Origin: Phoronis australis
Taxonomy: Eukaryota > Animalia > Phoronida
NCBI GenBank assembly: GCA_002633005.1
Contig: NMRA01000167.1
Location: forward strand, 260,284 to 324,283
Length of the DNA stretch: 64,000 bases
Direction of reading: 5' to 3'
The translations under genes were made by a program, and so were the position numbers. Of this stretch, positions 40,109-54,001 are shown piece by piece (the first letter of the stretch is position 1; every line of letters begins with the position of its first letter). The notes under the pieces are model-generated. The model was not told the origin of the DNA. It ran no database searches and saw nothing but the letters and a program-made list of their open reading frames with translations.

Positions 40109-40323
40109 GTAATTTGCTAGTCTGAAACACGCTCACGGAACCTAATCATGTACCAGTGAGGCGTGTTGTTCAAGGCAAATAAAGTAATTGAAACTAAATA
40201 GTAAATAGGCATTATGCGCAAAGTTGAAAAATCTTCAGTCATTGCTATGTTGTGCTATTGAGACATGACAACTGTTTTCAGTATAAAAGATGTACTGTAT
40301 TTCCATCACAAATATCGCCCTAA

Positions 40324-40431
<108 letters not shown>

Positions 40432-40839
40432 TGAGCCCTTACTGTCTTGTATATACTGCTACATTATTGTACATATGCACAGGCATGCTGATTAAACGGA
40501 CATAAACAATCCTGCTACGAAGTAAGTCTAGCTGTATGTTAGAGTGGAACTCAAGTTCCCTATACAAGATGACAGGAGATGCTTTGTTTTCATTAAGCGT
40601 GTCCATCTCGTACAATATTCTCTTAAGATGAGAGCAATAGAATCTGCACATGGTAGATAAAAAGTTACCTGAGAGTGGTTTTATCCGTTTTAATGTCTTT
40701 TTAATGTTTTATGAACCAGTTACGATGTTTCAGATTATTTTTAATTGTATACATCGGTGCTACCAATGCAGTGTCGTTATAGAAGTATTGAGAAGCGTGT
40801 CATGAGGTGTACCTCGGTAGTTCTTCCTTCATTTCTCCT

Positions 40840-40910
40840 TGTGCAGCACATTGCCACGACAGCTCTATCTACCATGTGCAGCACATTGCCACGACAGATC
40901 TATCTACCAT
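40840..40910 (+). repeat. 35-bp tandem duplication
   Basis: tgtgcagcacattgccacgacag.tctatctacca occurs twice. Confidence 0.85.
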
Positions 40911-41026
40911 AAGTAAATGTCAAAGCTGCATTTCGCCCCGTCTTGATGGCTTATCAGTCCTTTTATTGCCCTAAGAGAAGTCTCACTTGCAATATTACTT
41001 ACCGTAGCAGTACTCTCTTTCCATTA

Positions 41027-41378
41027 CCGTGGTTTTCCGTAGATAAGCCCAGCCGATGAAACGCCCGTGGGCGTTTATTCGGAAAATTATGCCTAGTAAA
41101 CGATCATGGGCGTTTATTTGGTGCTACAACTTCTGGTGTCAAGCGTCCAGATAGTGGAGCGTTTATTCAGAAAATTTCCTCTTAAAACCCCACTCCCAGT
41201 CAACTTTTTGTCACATATTCAGTTTCATGAAACATTTATCATTTATAAAGTCGAGCAATTTTAAGTAAAAAATCTCAAAGTCAGCAAAACTATGACTTTC
41301 CGTTTACACGACCCCTTACTAAACCACATTTTCATTTTCTGAATACGTGCCCATTGGCTTATCTACAGAAAAACATCG
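41027..41378. mobile_element. Degenerate pogo-like MITE
   Basis: TA|CCGTGGTTTTCCGTAGATAAGCC ... GGCTTATCTACAGAAAAACATCG, with internal GGGCGTTTATT repeats. Confidence 0.55.
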
Positions 41379-41439
41379 AGCTCAAGAAAACTATTATTGT
41401 AATCATAATCAAAATGTAAATGATTTCACGCCATTGTAG

Positions 41440-41590
41440 AACTATTGAGAACCGCCGTATGAAGTGCGGTCAGTACTGGCCTGAGGAAGAGGACGGAAGC
41501 CACTGTCACGGGGAGTTCATCCTACACAACCACGGCATGGAGAGGTTGACCGACTATATCGTCACTTCACTACTTCTGAGGAATACGATG
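41440..41590 (+). CDS. PTPN9: PTPN9 exon 10
   Basis: 151 nt, TIENRRMKCGQYWP...LLLRNTM. Confidence 0.96.
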
Positions 41591-42156
41591 GTCAGTTGTG
41601 TATACCACTTCTTTGTCATTTTTGTGCATAGTCAAACACTTATGCATGCGCATCCCATGGTTAAGACTTGTGGGATATCCTTTATTGTCGCCACCCGGTA
41701 TCCAGTAATATTGGCGTTAAGGCTGCAAACGTGTGATTTCCCACAATCCATTAAACACATGTCATGTGTATCTGCCTGTAAAAAAGTCTATGGAAGGCCT
41801 TGAAATTCACTAGTTGGTACCTGCAAAAGAATAATCCGGCCGACAGCTGTGTGCCTTAGAGTAGTCTGGTGGAACCATAATTGTGGGTAAGATCCCAGGC
41901 AGGTTAGCTTCTTACTGCTCTCAGTCTACTCAGCAATGTTCATATGGCAGCTGTGCTTGTCTTTTTTATGCCCTAGCAAGCTTGGAAAATGTGAAAAGAT
42001 AATGAAAACATCAACTGCATAATAATTATCTTCATTACAATCCAAGAGAAGTTTGATTTTTTGAAAACGAGTCATTTACTGCGCTGAATCAATTAAAAAA
42101 ATCGTAACCCGCAAGGCATTTTGATTTCCCCTTTGTTAAATTTTCTATTGCTGCAG

Positions 42157-42364
42157 ACTGATGAGGAGAGAGAAATAACTCACTTCCAATTCGTGAGCTG
42201 GCCCGATTACGGTGTGCCAGGCACTGCGGCCGCATTCCTGGACTTCCTGCTTCGTGTACGCCACCAGCAGGCCGCCATCAGGCAGGAACTCGGTGATGCT
42301 TGGCAGGGACATCATAGTGGACCACCCATAGTCATCCATTGTAGTGCGGGTATTGGACGAACAG
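42157..42364 (+). CDS. PTPN9: PTPN9 exon 11 (WPD loop and catalytic P-loop)
   Basis: 208 nt, with SWPDYGVP and IHCSAGIGRT intact. Confidence 0.98.
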
Positions 42365-43534
42365 GTGAGCTCAGTGAATATTGCGACTGGTGGGACAGAT
42401 GCTTGTTGTAAGATCCTCAAACAATTCCCTGGCAGATCTCTGGTGACTGCTTGAATCATTGCATTGATTCACGTCACTAATACCCTATTCAAGCACTGCC
42501 CTGTCAGTTCGTGTCAACCTATTTTTTAAATGATGCTGTCGGCTCCACTTTTAAAGGTGCTCTACCCTTTCCAGTATTACAAAAGTTATACTTTTCAAGT
42601 GTACAGTCATGTACTTGAAGTTTGATTTAACGTTCATGTCCTAGTGTGGGTAAATTTATGTAAAGTATGATCTGGGCTCCATTTCATGAACTACTTTAGT
42701 CTCAACTAAGACTGAAATAACAATGCTGTCTTTCCATCTCTTGTTGCATGATGGTGTTTTCGTCATGGCAACAATCAAACTTGAGACTTATTACAGAGCC
42801 CTGGTCATCTATTGCTAATGAAGACGGATTTAATTTATTGTTGAAGTGACATTTGCATTGCTTTCCTCTTTCTGTTTGTGTGGTCAGACAAGAATGTCAG
42901 CTTTGAAAGTGTGAGTGCTTTGGAACACCAATTGGTAAACGTGATCCGACGCCAATCACTCGCCTGTGTCCAATTAATTCAGTGGTTCATTAGAAAATAT
43001 TACGTTTATAACCTGGACATTATTTCACCGTAACGTGTGTGTACAAGGAATTATCCCTGAGAAAAATGTTGCAATCCTGAAAGAAGCTCAGTGTTAGTGA
43101 GGTGCGTGACAGAAGAAAACTGGCAACTGTTCAATACACGTCAAAAGTATTCAGGCAAAATGAGGTGGAATTCCCCGACGTGACGGCTGGGAGGAAGCTG
43201 GGCTCATTGTCTGAATAGCCTTCCGAGATTGAACAGGAGTTATCCAGAATGATAGAAAGGTGGCCAGGTTATTCTGTTAATAGAATTTATCCGCCTATAA
43301 TTATAGTAATTACTTGTCATTTTGTCTTGTTACTTTTGTCCTGTCGTGTACACGTCAAAAATAATTCTGACAAATTTCTATCTCCCATTTTTGATGGGTG
43401 GTAGCTCGTCATGCAAGTTACTCTTACGTCTACACTTGGCTGTCACGGTGGGAAATCCAAGGTCCTTTTGTCTAGTTATTTTCTGCATGTGCTGTACACT
43501 GCGATTGATAGATAATCTACTGGTCTGTTTTCAG

Positions 43535-43755
43535 GTACATTCATTACAATGGACATTACCACCAAGCGGTTAATGGACACAGGGACAATAGATATAGAAA
43601 CCACTGTGCGCCGGATCCGGTCACAGAGGGCATTTAGCATACAGATGCCTGACCAGTATGTATTCTGTCACTTGGCACTTCTGGAGTATGCTCAGAGGGA
43701 GGATCTATTGAGTACAGTAGACTTGACAGGGTTTGATGACAGTGACAGTGAGTGA
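43535..43755 (+). CDS. PTPN9: PTPN9 exon 12 (Q-loop, stop)
   Basis: GTFITMDI...IRSQRAFSIQMPDQYVFCH...FDDSDSE*, with TGA at 43753-43755. Confidence 0.96.
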
Positions 43756-44635
43756 TGGAGGTCGACAGGTGCATGCCGAGTGAGAGTGTCGGCGACTGCT
43801 AGAACGGATGTCGATTGGTGGACACCCTGGACCGGCTGACTAGAAGCTGGTGTGCATAGCTTGCATTCTCTGTCTAGTACTTATTGGGAATTCAAAAGGT
43901 GTAATGTTTGTAAGAGTTCACATTCTGCGGTGCATTCAGTAAAGGGAACACGTCAGGAGTCATGTGACACCTCACCATGGTAACGCTGGATGTTTGTAGC
44001 GTTTTGTGTGTAGGTGAAGCTGTATGGTGGCAAGAGGTAAATTACTGTTATATTATTTTCTTCAAATTTCTGAAAAAATAGTCTTCCACTAAATTTCGAC
44101 TTTCATGATTTGCACTGTAAAGCTTTCTTAAAACAAATATTTTTTTAGCAATTTAATATTTCAGGCAATTCCTTGAAAGTTGGAAAATTTCAGCAATTAT
44201 TTTTGGTCGACCACTGAAAGTGTTGTTTTATGATGGTAATCTGTCTGTAAACCCTGGACTACTCACCGTTTCTCTTTCATAAGGTATTGTGCGGCAAATT
44301 TCAGATAAAAATGTAACAGTTGATCTTTTTCATTTTTCAAAGCCTTTTAACTTTGTTGTGAGAGCCGACTTTCTCAAAACATTGCCTGATGGTATGTAGA
44401 ACTTGAACTTTGTAAAGCATTTGCTATAAAAATGGTGGTTTCCTTAATTGGTGAGATTTTGCCGTAAGCCAAGACATCTGGCTACTGGTCCTCCTGCTGT
44501 AACTAGCATTAATTTATTGAATGTACCCCAGGTTTTCATCCTTAAGAACCGTTATGTATTGAAGTGAGAGCTTTGTGTATGGTTACTGTATATGCGTATA
44601 TTTAGGCCCTCGTATGTGTACTCAAAATTTGTTTC

Positions 44636-44641
44636 AATAAA
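44636..44641 (+). terminator. Candidate PTPN9 polyadenylation signal
   Basis: AATAAA about 0.9 kb after the stop. Other candidates lie further downstream. Confidence 0.35.
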
Positions 44642-45050
44642 AGTTTTGCTCAAAGTATTTGCGCATAGGTACGTAGCTTAAACCAAACTGATATATGTAG
44701 GTAGTTGTCTTTCGTACGTGCGCGCGTGTTAAATTGGGTGTTTTTGTTAATGTTTTGCCCATTGTAAGGGCTTTGGATAATCTTAAATTAGCAGAAAATA
44801 TGTCAGTATCTACTTACAAGTAAGTCCATGGTATTTTAAAAACTTGTCGTCTGGTTTTACTCTGACAAGTGCTTCTCGTAAAGGTATTTGTGCTTTAGTT
44901 CATATACAGGCACAACTTGACAATGAGCACATGAGCCTAAATGCGCATATACAGTATTTATGCGCACACATTTTGAGTGCAATATGTATAGCACTTGTAA
45001 AGCATTCTCTCAGTCTTGCCACTTTGATCGTTATTGAGTGTTGCGGTTGT

Positions 45051-45148
45051 AGTCACATTCAGGGGTCCCGCATTTTGAGAACCAGTTTTCTCCACTGAAC
45101 AACAGGCATCAAACTGGTTCTCAAAATCCAGGACCCCTGTAAGTGACT
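45051..45148. repeat. ~38-bp-arm inverted repeat (palindromic MITE-like)
   Basis: agtcacattcaggggtcccgcattttgagaaccagttt pairs with aaactggttctcaaaatccaggacccctgtaagtgact. Relative at about 34866-34930. Confidence 0.8.
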
Positions 45149-47839
45149 GATACCTGTATTGCTGCCATAAACAACACGGAGTAGTTCTATTGTGTGTTCT
45201 TTGTTCTGTTTAAAGTTGCTGCATCCTTGTTTTTACCACTGGTTTGTGAATTGTTTGGAATTAAAACTAGACAAGATTTGGCGCATTTTGGCAAAGTTTT
45301 GTTGGGTCCAGCAACTTTAAAGCAAGGTTTGCACTCGCTGCTAGTGTTGAATGTAAGGGAACAAAAAGAGAACTTTGTGTTGTGACGCTTGTTTTTGCAA
45401 AGACTGATATTATTTGTTATCATACATGTACTGAAAGCTGATATTATGATTAATTGCACAAATTGTTGCTTCCTATTGTACTATGTGAAATTGTGAATCA
45501 CTGGTCAAATATTGTCTAGTACCAGATTGAATTATGTCTTAGCCTGCCTCGCCTTACAAGTCGCAATGCAAAGTATGTGTTCAGTGCCATCAGAAAATTT
45601 GATTGGAATTGGCAACTAATTTTTCTCCACCCTTTTCGGTGTACCCAGTAACGCTGTTGAACTGCACTAAGTAATCAAGACAAAATGACCCAGAATTGCA
45701 GCACAAATGAAAGTCATCATCACCATAGTATCCATTTCTCATGTCCAGGAAGGACGAGGGATTTACCAGAACAGCCTTGTGGTGGAATGGCAATTCTGTG
45801 GTTACTTTTTTGCCAATAATGTCATTTGTGGTTATTTTTGTTGGAAGGGAATTTAGCCCTCATACGGAAACGATATTGTTTGATTACTTTTGTCTTGTGC
45901 TGTGTTCAGGAGCAGCTGCCACACTACAGGGCTTGGAATTTTTCTCTTTTAAGAGGATTTCCTCTTGTGGTTTCGATTTCCTCGTATTTGATTTCCTGTT
46001 TCCTCTTCTTTGTTTCTGTTATCATTGTTTTAACTTAATTCATGCAAAAACATTTATTCCAGCTAAATTTACAACACAAAAATATTTCTATCCTACAAGC
46101 CTATTTATTTGTGGAATGATGCATCAGCTGGGAATTTTTCCTCTTTTTTGTCATTGGTCATTCCAAGCCCTGACACTAGAGTGGTGAACTTCTTTGCAAT
46201 CAAGTCCACATTAGTTGTTCAGTTTGATTAAAATTGTGTAATAACCCAATTTGAACTCCTGTGCACTCGTCTGTGACACTCAATTCATCTAGCTTGAACA
46301 ATTCCTACTGGAAAGGTAAATCCAGCAAAAAGGCATGGAACCTTATTGAAGCTTAGACAAAATTATTTTTGCATGACCAATATTATTCAATCTTTTCGAC
46401 CTACCATTCTCAAGATTCCAACCTAAGTTAGCATAACCTTGTTTTTAGATCACCAGTAGGTAAGAGCACAAGTCTTGCTTGGTGAGACTATTCGCTAAGA
46501 TAACCGTGAATTATGTTACTGGCCAGCAATCTTATTCAATCTTGCAGAGCAATGGTTGCCAAGAGAATAAAGTTTCCAAGCTTGGAATTCAATTTTGAAT
46601 AGGGTGACTGGCTCAACAAGCTTTTTCAAGAGTTTTTGGTTCAGCCTGATTAAGCTTGCCAATAAGTAGGTTTTTTCAAACTAACTGAGCAATGGTTAGT
46701 AAGGGAGCCAGGAAATTCAGGAAAATATCTAACAAGGTGACGCTCCAGAAAATTTGGTCCACGTATGGTCAAATTTAGCTGAGTATAGTCTGAAAAAGCT
46801 TTCCTTTGATTTATACTGAAGTGACTGTTGTAAAAGTTGTCTAGTTGACTTATTCATTACTAAGATAAGAATTGATTTCTGATGTTGGGAAGAACAGTTT
46901 GCTGTTACTTGAGCCGTGTTCAGCCCCTAAAAACAGGGTAGGTGGAGCCAACTCTTTGACTAGTTTGGTCTCTAGCAAACTGTGAGATTTCCGCCAATCC
47001 CTGACAGAAGGAGTAGGGGACAATTTAAGATAATGATAAGGGCGATAACTCAAAATCAATTCTATATCAAAAGTAGGGTTTCCATTGGTTGTTGGATTTG
47101 ATGGTATAGTTTGTAGTTTGTCCCATCAGGCTAGAGACCCTGTACCATGGCGCTACACAATTGGGGACAGCACAGTGTGTACTCCATCACTACATGATGA
47201 CTCTTGAAGTATAGTGGTGTTGGTATTTAAGCTTAGCATGTAGTTTTAAGTTTTTATTTCAGACCAACATCAGTATAGAAATCGAGGAGAAATTCACTAC
47301 AGTTGGGCTAATTCTGAAGATATGGACATATTCCTATTAAAGATGTATTGGGTGTCACATTAGTGTGTCAAAATGGCCAATTTCAAAGCAAGATAACATA
47401 AGGACGGGTGGTCTGTTAAGCTGAAAATAAGCCCTGTGAGGTCCATTCTTACCACTGTATAGTCATACGAAAGGCAAACCCTAAACATGGATTACCTTGC
47501 CTTATATCAGGTCTCCAGAAACTTCCGCCATTGTGTGAAAGGAGATATCCTAAAGTGTCTAAACAGGGCTCAACATTGTTTTAGCTGAATAGTATGGGAA
47601 TAGAAAAATAGGCCTATGGGGTCCCAGAGGCCTACCTGAGAACATTCCTTTGTACAATTTGGTATGATATATGCATTGCCCAGTGAACCTGGTACATGAA
47701 CTCTGGAATAAGCTAGACAAAGTCTTGTTGATTGTTACTGTTTCCAACTGTGACAATTTTAATGTAGTGTGACAATTCATGGAGCATGTCAAGTGTCCGG
47801 TATTACATCCATCCTTTGCGCTTTGTGAACTGCGGTTCC

Positions 47840-50530
47840 TGTTCATGTAGATCACCTTCGTGATGGGACCTACCACAAGGTTATTTTTTCAGAAGGAAAC
47901 ACATTTTGATAATATGGTGTTAGTAAAACTCTGCATTCGGGTAGAGACTTCTAATCTTGGTTGGGAACTTATGGCTCCTACCCGGCCCTCCCCGGAGTTT
48001 ACGTGCCTTGTTTTTCTGTATGGGTATATCATACTACGGCAAAAATTCTCCAATTTGTGACAGTGGAAATAAAATTGTTTTATTAAAGGTCACAGCTTGT
48101 CCCAAATTAGAGAGCCACTGGAATAACGGCTAAGTTATCCACTCTGTAGATTGAACATACTCTGTGGGAAATTTGAAAAATATGGTGAACGCCAACATCG
48201 CATTGTACCAAATCCCACAGTCAAGAAATTTCAATTTTTGTGCGAGTTCCTGTGTCCCAAGTTCAGAATACTTTCCCATATAGGAGAATTTTCAAGGTGA
48301 GGTCACATTCTATGTGGGCTGGACATGTTAGCTGCACTTTCATTGTGCTGTTTGGACCACTCCGCTGTAGCCAGTGTACACTTTCAGAGGGTGGGTTGGT
48401 ATCTTGTACAGCCGTAGTACTTTTGTCATGACTGGTCAGGATGTATTGTGCTAAGACGCCACTTCTTGTTTTATTGAATATTGAATATTATTTCTTGTCT
48501 GTGCAGTGTAAGTTATATGTCGTTAGCCCAGTTGAATGCGTTGCAGATTCATTGTACTGACATTTATTAAAAGTATTATATGTAAATATAACTTATTCAA
48601 TTCCAACTTGACGTTTTAAGACTCCCAACTTCCAACTGCATATCTTGTCCTGTGTCCCATGAAACACTAGGACGTAGACCCCTCATTGCCTTTTGGCGCC
48701 GGAAATTTCAATTTAGATTCGTCGAAACATTGCATTTACAAATTGTTCAAACATGCGAGACACTTCATTAAATGGGAAACGCCGAAAGGGTACCACTCTT
48801 TGTCCTATGGTGTTTTGTCCGAACCTATCTTTCGGAATTTTTCTTGCCTCTGGTTTTTTTAATTAACTGCGTCGACTGTGTACGAGCGCAAACCACCTTC
48901 GAAGGAATGCCTTCGTGATCGAGACGATCACGATCGTGATTGACTTTGGATGACGTCTTGGGCAAAGAGCTCATTTGGCCAGCACGGTTCATGCGAGCAC
49001 CCAGCCTTCAATATGGGGGGGCTCGAATTCTTGACGTGGACCTTTTGGTAACAAAAAAGCGGGCGGACTAAAAAAAACAAATGAAAGCGCTCTGAGGAGC
49101 GAAACTTGGCGAAATTAACCAAAAAGTTGACGATAAAGATGATGACGAATATGACGACGATGGTGGCGAGGATGAACAAAAGAAGTAATAACATACACAT
49201 GACGAACGTAGAAGTCCGAAATCAGTAAGAAAAAGGCTACAGTCTTGAGCGACACTTGGCGAAATTAACGGAAAAGACAACGACGGAGATGATGACGAAG
49301 ATGACGACGATGATGACGAATATGATGATGGNCTGTTCATGCAGATCACGTTCGTGATGGGACCTACCACAAGGTTATTTTTTCAGAAGGAAACACATTT
49401 TGATAATATGGTGTTCGTAAAACTCTGCATTCGGGTAGAGACTTCTAATCTTGGTTGGGAACTTATGGCTCCTACCCCCCTCCCCGGAGTTTACGTGCCT
49501 TGTTTTTCTGTATGGGTATATCATACTACGGCAAAAATTCTCCAATTTGTGACAGTGGAAATAAAATTGTTTTATTAAAGGTCGCAGCTTGTCCCAAATT
49601 AGAGAGCCACTGGAATAACGGCTAAGTTATCCACTCTGTAGATTTTACATACTCTGTGGGAAATTTGAAAAATATGGTGAACGCCAACATCGCATTGTAA
49701 CAAATCCCACAGTCAAGAATTTTCAATTTTTGTGCGAGTTCAGGATACCTTACCATATAGGAGAATTTTTACGGTGAGGTCACATTCTATGTGGGCTGGA
49801 CATGTTAGCTGCACTGTCATTGTGCTGTTTGGGCCACTCCGCTGTAGCCAGTGTACACTTTCAGAGGGTGGGTTGGTATCCTGTACAGCCGTAGTACTTT
49901 TGACATGACTAGTCAGGAGGTATTGTGCTAAGACGCCACTTCTTGTTTTATTGAATATTGAATATTATTTCTTGTCTGTGCAGTGTAAGTTATATGTCGT
50001 TAGCCCAGTTGAATGCGTTGCAGATTCATTGTACTGACATTTATTAAAAGTATTATATGTAAATATAACTTATTCAATTCCAACTTGACGTTTTAAGACT
50101 CCCAACTTCCAACTGCACATCTTGTCCTGTGTCCCATGAAACATAGGACGTAGACTCCTCATTGCATTTTGGCACCGGAAATTTCAATTTAGATTCGTTG
50201 AAACATTCCATTTACAAATTGTTCAAACATGCGAGACACTGCATTAAATGGGAAACGCCGAAAGGGTGTCACTTTTTGTCTTATGGTGTTTTGTCCGAAC
50301 TTATCTTGCCTCTGGTCTTTTTAATTGCGTCAACTGTCTACGAGCGCAAACCACCTTCGAAGGAATGCCTTCCTGATCGAGACGATCGTGATTGACTTTG
50401 GATAACGTCTTAGGAAAAGAGCTCATTTGGCCAGCATGGTTCATGCGCGCACCCAGCCTTCAATATGGGGGGCTCGAATTCCTGGCGTTGTGGACCTTTT
50501 GGTAACAAAAAAGATGGCGGACTAACAAAA
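47840..50530 (+). repeat. ~1.2 kb direct duplication (about 47840-49075 and 49333-50530) across an N
   Basis: Near-identical sequence with scattered SNPs and indels. The second copy begins right after N49332. Confidence 0.95.
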
Positions 50531-50588
50531 AAAAACGAAAAAACAAAAAAAAAACGAGCCCCTCTAGCTCCCCCTGGGTGCGCGCATG
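50442..50588 (-). mobile_element. Short MITE
   Basis: Perfect 15-bp TIR CATGCGCGCACCCAG/CTGGGTGCGCGCATG with TGGTT on both flanks. Confidence 0.8.
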
Positions 50589-50754
50589 TGGTTTCATGAA
50601 AGTGGCCGTGGTTGCCTCGTGGAAAAACTGAAGCTCTAACTAAATAAGACCAAAATGACGGAGCCCCGTTTCATGAAATTTCTTAGGACTGATTTGGTCT
50701 AGCTAGTAGGCTTAAGATTATTTATGATTGACATATGTCCTGAATATTAGATAA

Positions 50755-50961
50755 ATAAAATGAATACAGGTAAATAACGTATAATAGGTAATCTCTGGTG
50801 AGATGGGCAATAAAAAGCGCCGGCCACGTTACCAGAGATGAAAAGGAGACCGAGGTAGGTGATATAAAGTCATTTATTATGACTAGTAATTATTATAAAA
50901 TGAATACAGGTAAATAACGTATAATAGGTAATCTCTGGTAAGATGGGTAATAAAAAGCGCC
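50755..50961 (+). repeat. ~66-bp direct repeat x2
   Basis: ataaaatgaatacaggtaaataacgtataataggtaatctctggt.agatggg.aataaaaagcgc occurs twice. Confidence 0.85.
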
Positions 50962-51783
50962 ACAAGAGATGTTGTAAGACAGCACATGCCCATCCGCAGG
51001 GACGCACGAAGGGTGAGAAATGAAAAGGAAAGGGTGCATGACTATTTACAAACGCTGTCAGCCGGATACCCAACCCTAACTCCGGGTGCCAAGCCGGAGG
51101 GGGAGGTACGATTGCCAGGGCTGGAACAGGTGCCGGTGTTGTCTCACCCCGTGTCGTGGCGGCTTACGCTTAATCGTCGTGAGAGACCGTCCGGAGTTGG
51201 TATATGGTGCAACTCGGGACGGTCTGGGGTCAACAGAAAACCACAGTTCAACTGTGATTGTACACCAATGTGATAAACGAGAGTAGTTCTACTTGCTGCG
51301 TCAGCTGCTCAGTGGTATGCTTATCTCTTTTATGACACACAATGTGTGACTGAGCAAAGCGTTTTCAAAATAATGTGGATAAATCAGTGGAGTGTGAGAC
51401 CCCTGAGGTCCCTGTCAAGTCCTCACGTCAATTTTACGTTATGGGAAGAAAATTAGATAAATGACGGAAAAACAAGGGAGAAAAAACGAACATAAATTCA
51501 ACAAACGAACAGGTAAGCTAGAGCACTAAAGGCGGGGTACGCAAACTAAAATGAAACGAGGGAGAAACGAAAAAATCAAAGCTAAGGACAATATAAAAAA
51601 TGGCTAACAGAGAATAACAAAATAGCTAACATAAGAGAAATAAAGCTAACAATAGTCGGATTATAAAGGTAGAGTAACAAGTCAAGAATAAATGAAAAAC
51701 AAAATATAGCCCGAGGCCTAACAAAATGTCTAACAGGGTTGAAGAAAAAATAAAATACAAAATAAACTACAAGTGAGACTAAC

Positions 51784-54001
51784 TCAGCTTTCCATCCTTG
51801 TGTTCCAACCAGGGACACTTTTTCTTGAATTTCATCCACTGATCGTAATTCCACACGCTTGGCCACTCTGACGAGTCATCATCTGGATCACCTGCAGATA
51901 TTTCCGTTTCAGTCGTGGAGGGATACGTTTTAGGAATACTAGTTTCAGCAAATGAGTCACTTTCAGCAGGAGGATTTGTCCCGTGCTTTCTGATCTCGGC
52001 ACCTTCTTAAGGTGGGTGTATACACTGATCAAATCTCCAGGTTCCTAACTAAAATGAGTAAAAAGGGAGTTTTAACTAGTTAGACATGACTCTGAAAGTG
52101 ACAAAAATCGAAGAAAAACGTTTTTTTTTTGTAGTTCGTTTTTTAAATTTTCAAAAAATCCAATTTTACCTCGATTTCTTTTTCAAAATGCACAGGGATC
52201 ATCATCAACTATTTCCTTACGCAATATTCTACTTATCCATACCAAATATATGTAAAAAATCATTATGATCTTGATTTTGTGGCATTTTTTGTGTGTGCAT
52301 GAGTTGGGGAAAGCACGCCACTTTTTGTCATTTGGTCACTTTCCGTCTAATAACTAAAAATCTGGTCCATTTATCAAAAAACCCTGGCACGCGATTTTAC
52401 TTCAGTCCAAGAGGATTTCAAATTTGCAACTTTCGTTAAAATTGACCCACGTGTTGTGGAAAAATAGGCCCGAGAATCGTGTCACTATCCTGAAATCACG
52501 AGCCGAGAAAAACGGCTTTGAAGTTAAGCGGTCATCGATTGCCACTTGAGATCAAATTTCGTTCAGAATGCGTGGTCATTATGTTCCAATTTTTGTTGAA
52601 GTACTAGAAATAAAGCTGATATTTACTTCATATTTAGAAAATGTGACATACCTGTTTGTTTACAGCGTAATTTTAATCATTTTTTCGAACTTGTGATGCA
52701 CGACAGACGACCAAAACAAATATGGCTGTCACGTGGGCGGAGCTTAGCGTTGATCTATTGTCTGCTGTACTGGTGTGCCGACCACCATGTGTTGATTGTT
52801 TATACGATTCATCTGAACTCTCCACTCAGTTTGTAAAAGACTCTCTAACTATATTACACAGACCTATTTGTTAGTATTCCAATATTATCATCAACCAATA
52901 TATGTGTTATATCAAATCGCCGCGTTACTGCCTACATAACAATATTGGCGACGAGGATAAAGAACTACTTTCATAGTAATGGTTCAACATTTTTACGTGC
53001 CTGTACCGAATGGACTTTGGGATAAGAAAATATCACTTTCTGCGCAAATAGCGCCGCTTGGGTGAGGTTCTCAAGTTACTAAAGTTTCTTATATTGCTTT
53101 CCTCTAAAATCGTATAATATCATGAGTTTTAATTCAGGGTTACGTTTGAATCTATGCACTAGAAAATTTTTTGTTATGTTGAACACTGGGTCATTTCTCT
53201 AATTCTTTGGGTTACGGCCAGTGGCAAGTTAAAAATCCTCTGGGTTTGACAACCTAGTTTCTCCACGGCACGTTCCCAGCACAGAAGCACGGTTTATCTG
53301 CGAAGACTCTACTCTGACGGCATGTAGTTGTCCATGTGTCGCGCGCGCGGCTTGTCTTCACAGCGCGTGTATGCACTCTCACCGAATCGTGCAACACCAC
53401 CCACGTCGACACTCAGCGTCCTCTCGCAAGACAACTGACCTTATATTACCGACTTCTCTTATACATGCACAATTTCTGCACGGACTCCTCAAGCTGAGTG
53501 CAGTGATGGCTTCGGTAGGGCTTGGCGTACTCAACTTAATTTTTTTGCAGATAGACAAACAGGCTCAGGCTCGGAACAGGAGCTAGTTCACCATTTCACT
53601 ACTAACTTTCACATGGTCAAAAATAGAATTGTTTTATTCTTGGTCTTGCTACAACACCAATATCAGCTGGTACATCACTCTCGATTGCCCGGTTACGAAA
53701 TGCTTGTTGACAGGGTTAGATTAGAGCTAGTGTCCTTGTATATAAGCTCCGCCCCAGTTGTCAATCACTGAGCTGGTGAGCACTCAAGCCATATGACTTA
53801 CTGAGGCTTGGTCAAATATAGATAAAAAAACAACTTTGGATTTTCAGAATGATTTTATTTTTCTTCAGTATACTGTGCATCAAGAATAAAAGATTAGGAT
53901 GATATGAAAATGTAAAAAACAGTCAAAATTAATTTTTTTGTGTATAGACCTACCTTAAAATATTTTAGTATCGATTACCAACCAGTTGATTGGCGTTTCA
54001 T
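51784..54001 (-). pseudogene. hAT (KIAA1586-like) transposase N-terminal relic, split by a Kolobok-like insertion
   Basis: Rejoined flanks read MKRQSTGW*SILKYFKKVPRSES, then after a frameshift SEWPSVWNYDQWMKFKKKCPWLEHKDGKL. A hAT-like end CAGCGCTGAAGTGGG lies at 54449 on the minus strand. Confidence 0.65.
52011..53954. mobile_element. Non-autonomous Kolobok-like DNA transposon (~1.9 kb)
   Basis: TTAA|GGTGGGTGTATACAC ... GTGTATAGACCTACC|TTAA: 13/15 TIR match, TTAA TSD and GG termini (piggyBac would typically start CC). Confidence 0.8.

Noticed and set aside
43753-43842. Stop-codon readthrough extension of PTPN9
   Set aside because: The first stop has TGA-T context. The TGA-CTAG motif is only at the next in-frame stop, and no conservation evidence is available.
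48928-49370. Hydrophobic or Ser-rich ORFs (also 56330-56781)
   Set aside because: They are antisense readings of the GAT/GAC repeat.
50970-51340. Possible solo LTR (TG...CA, GC-rich)
   Set aside because: No TSD, PBS or PPT identified.
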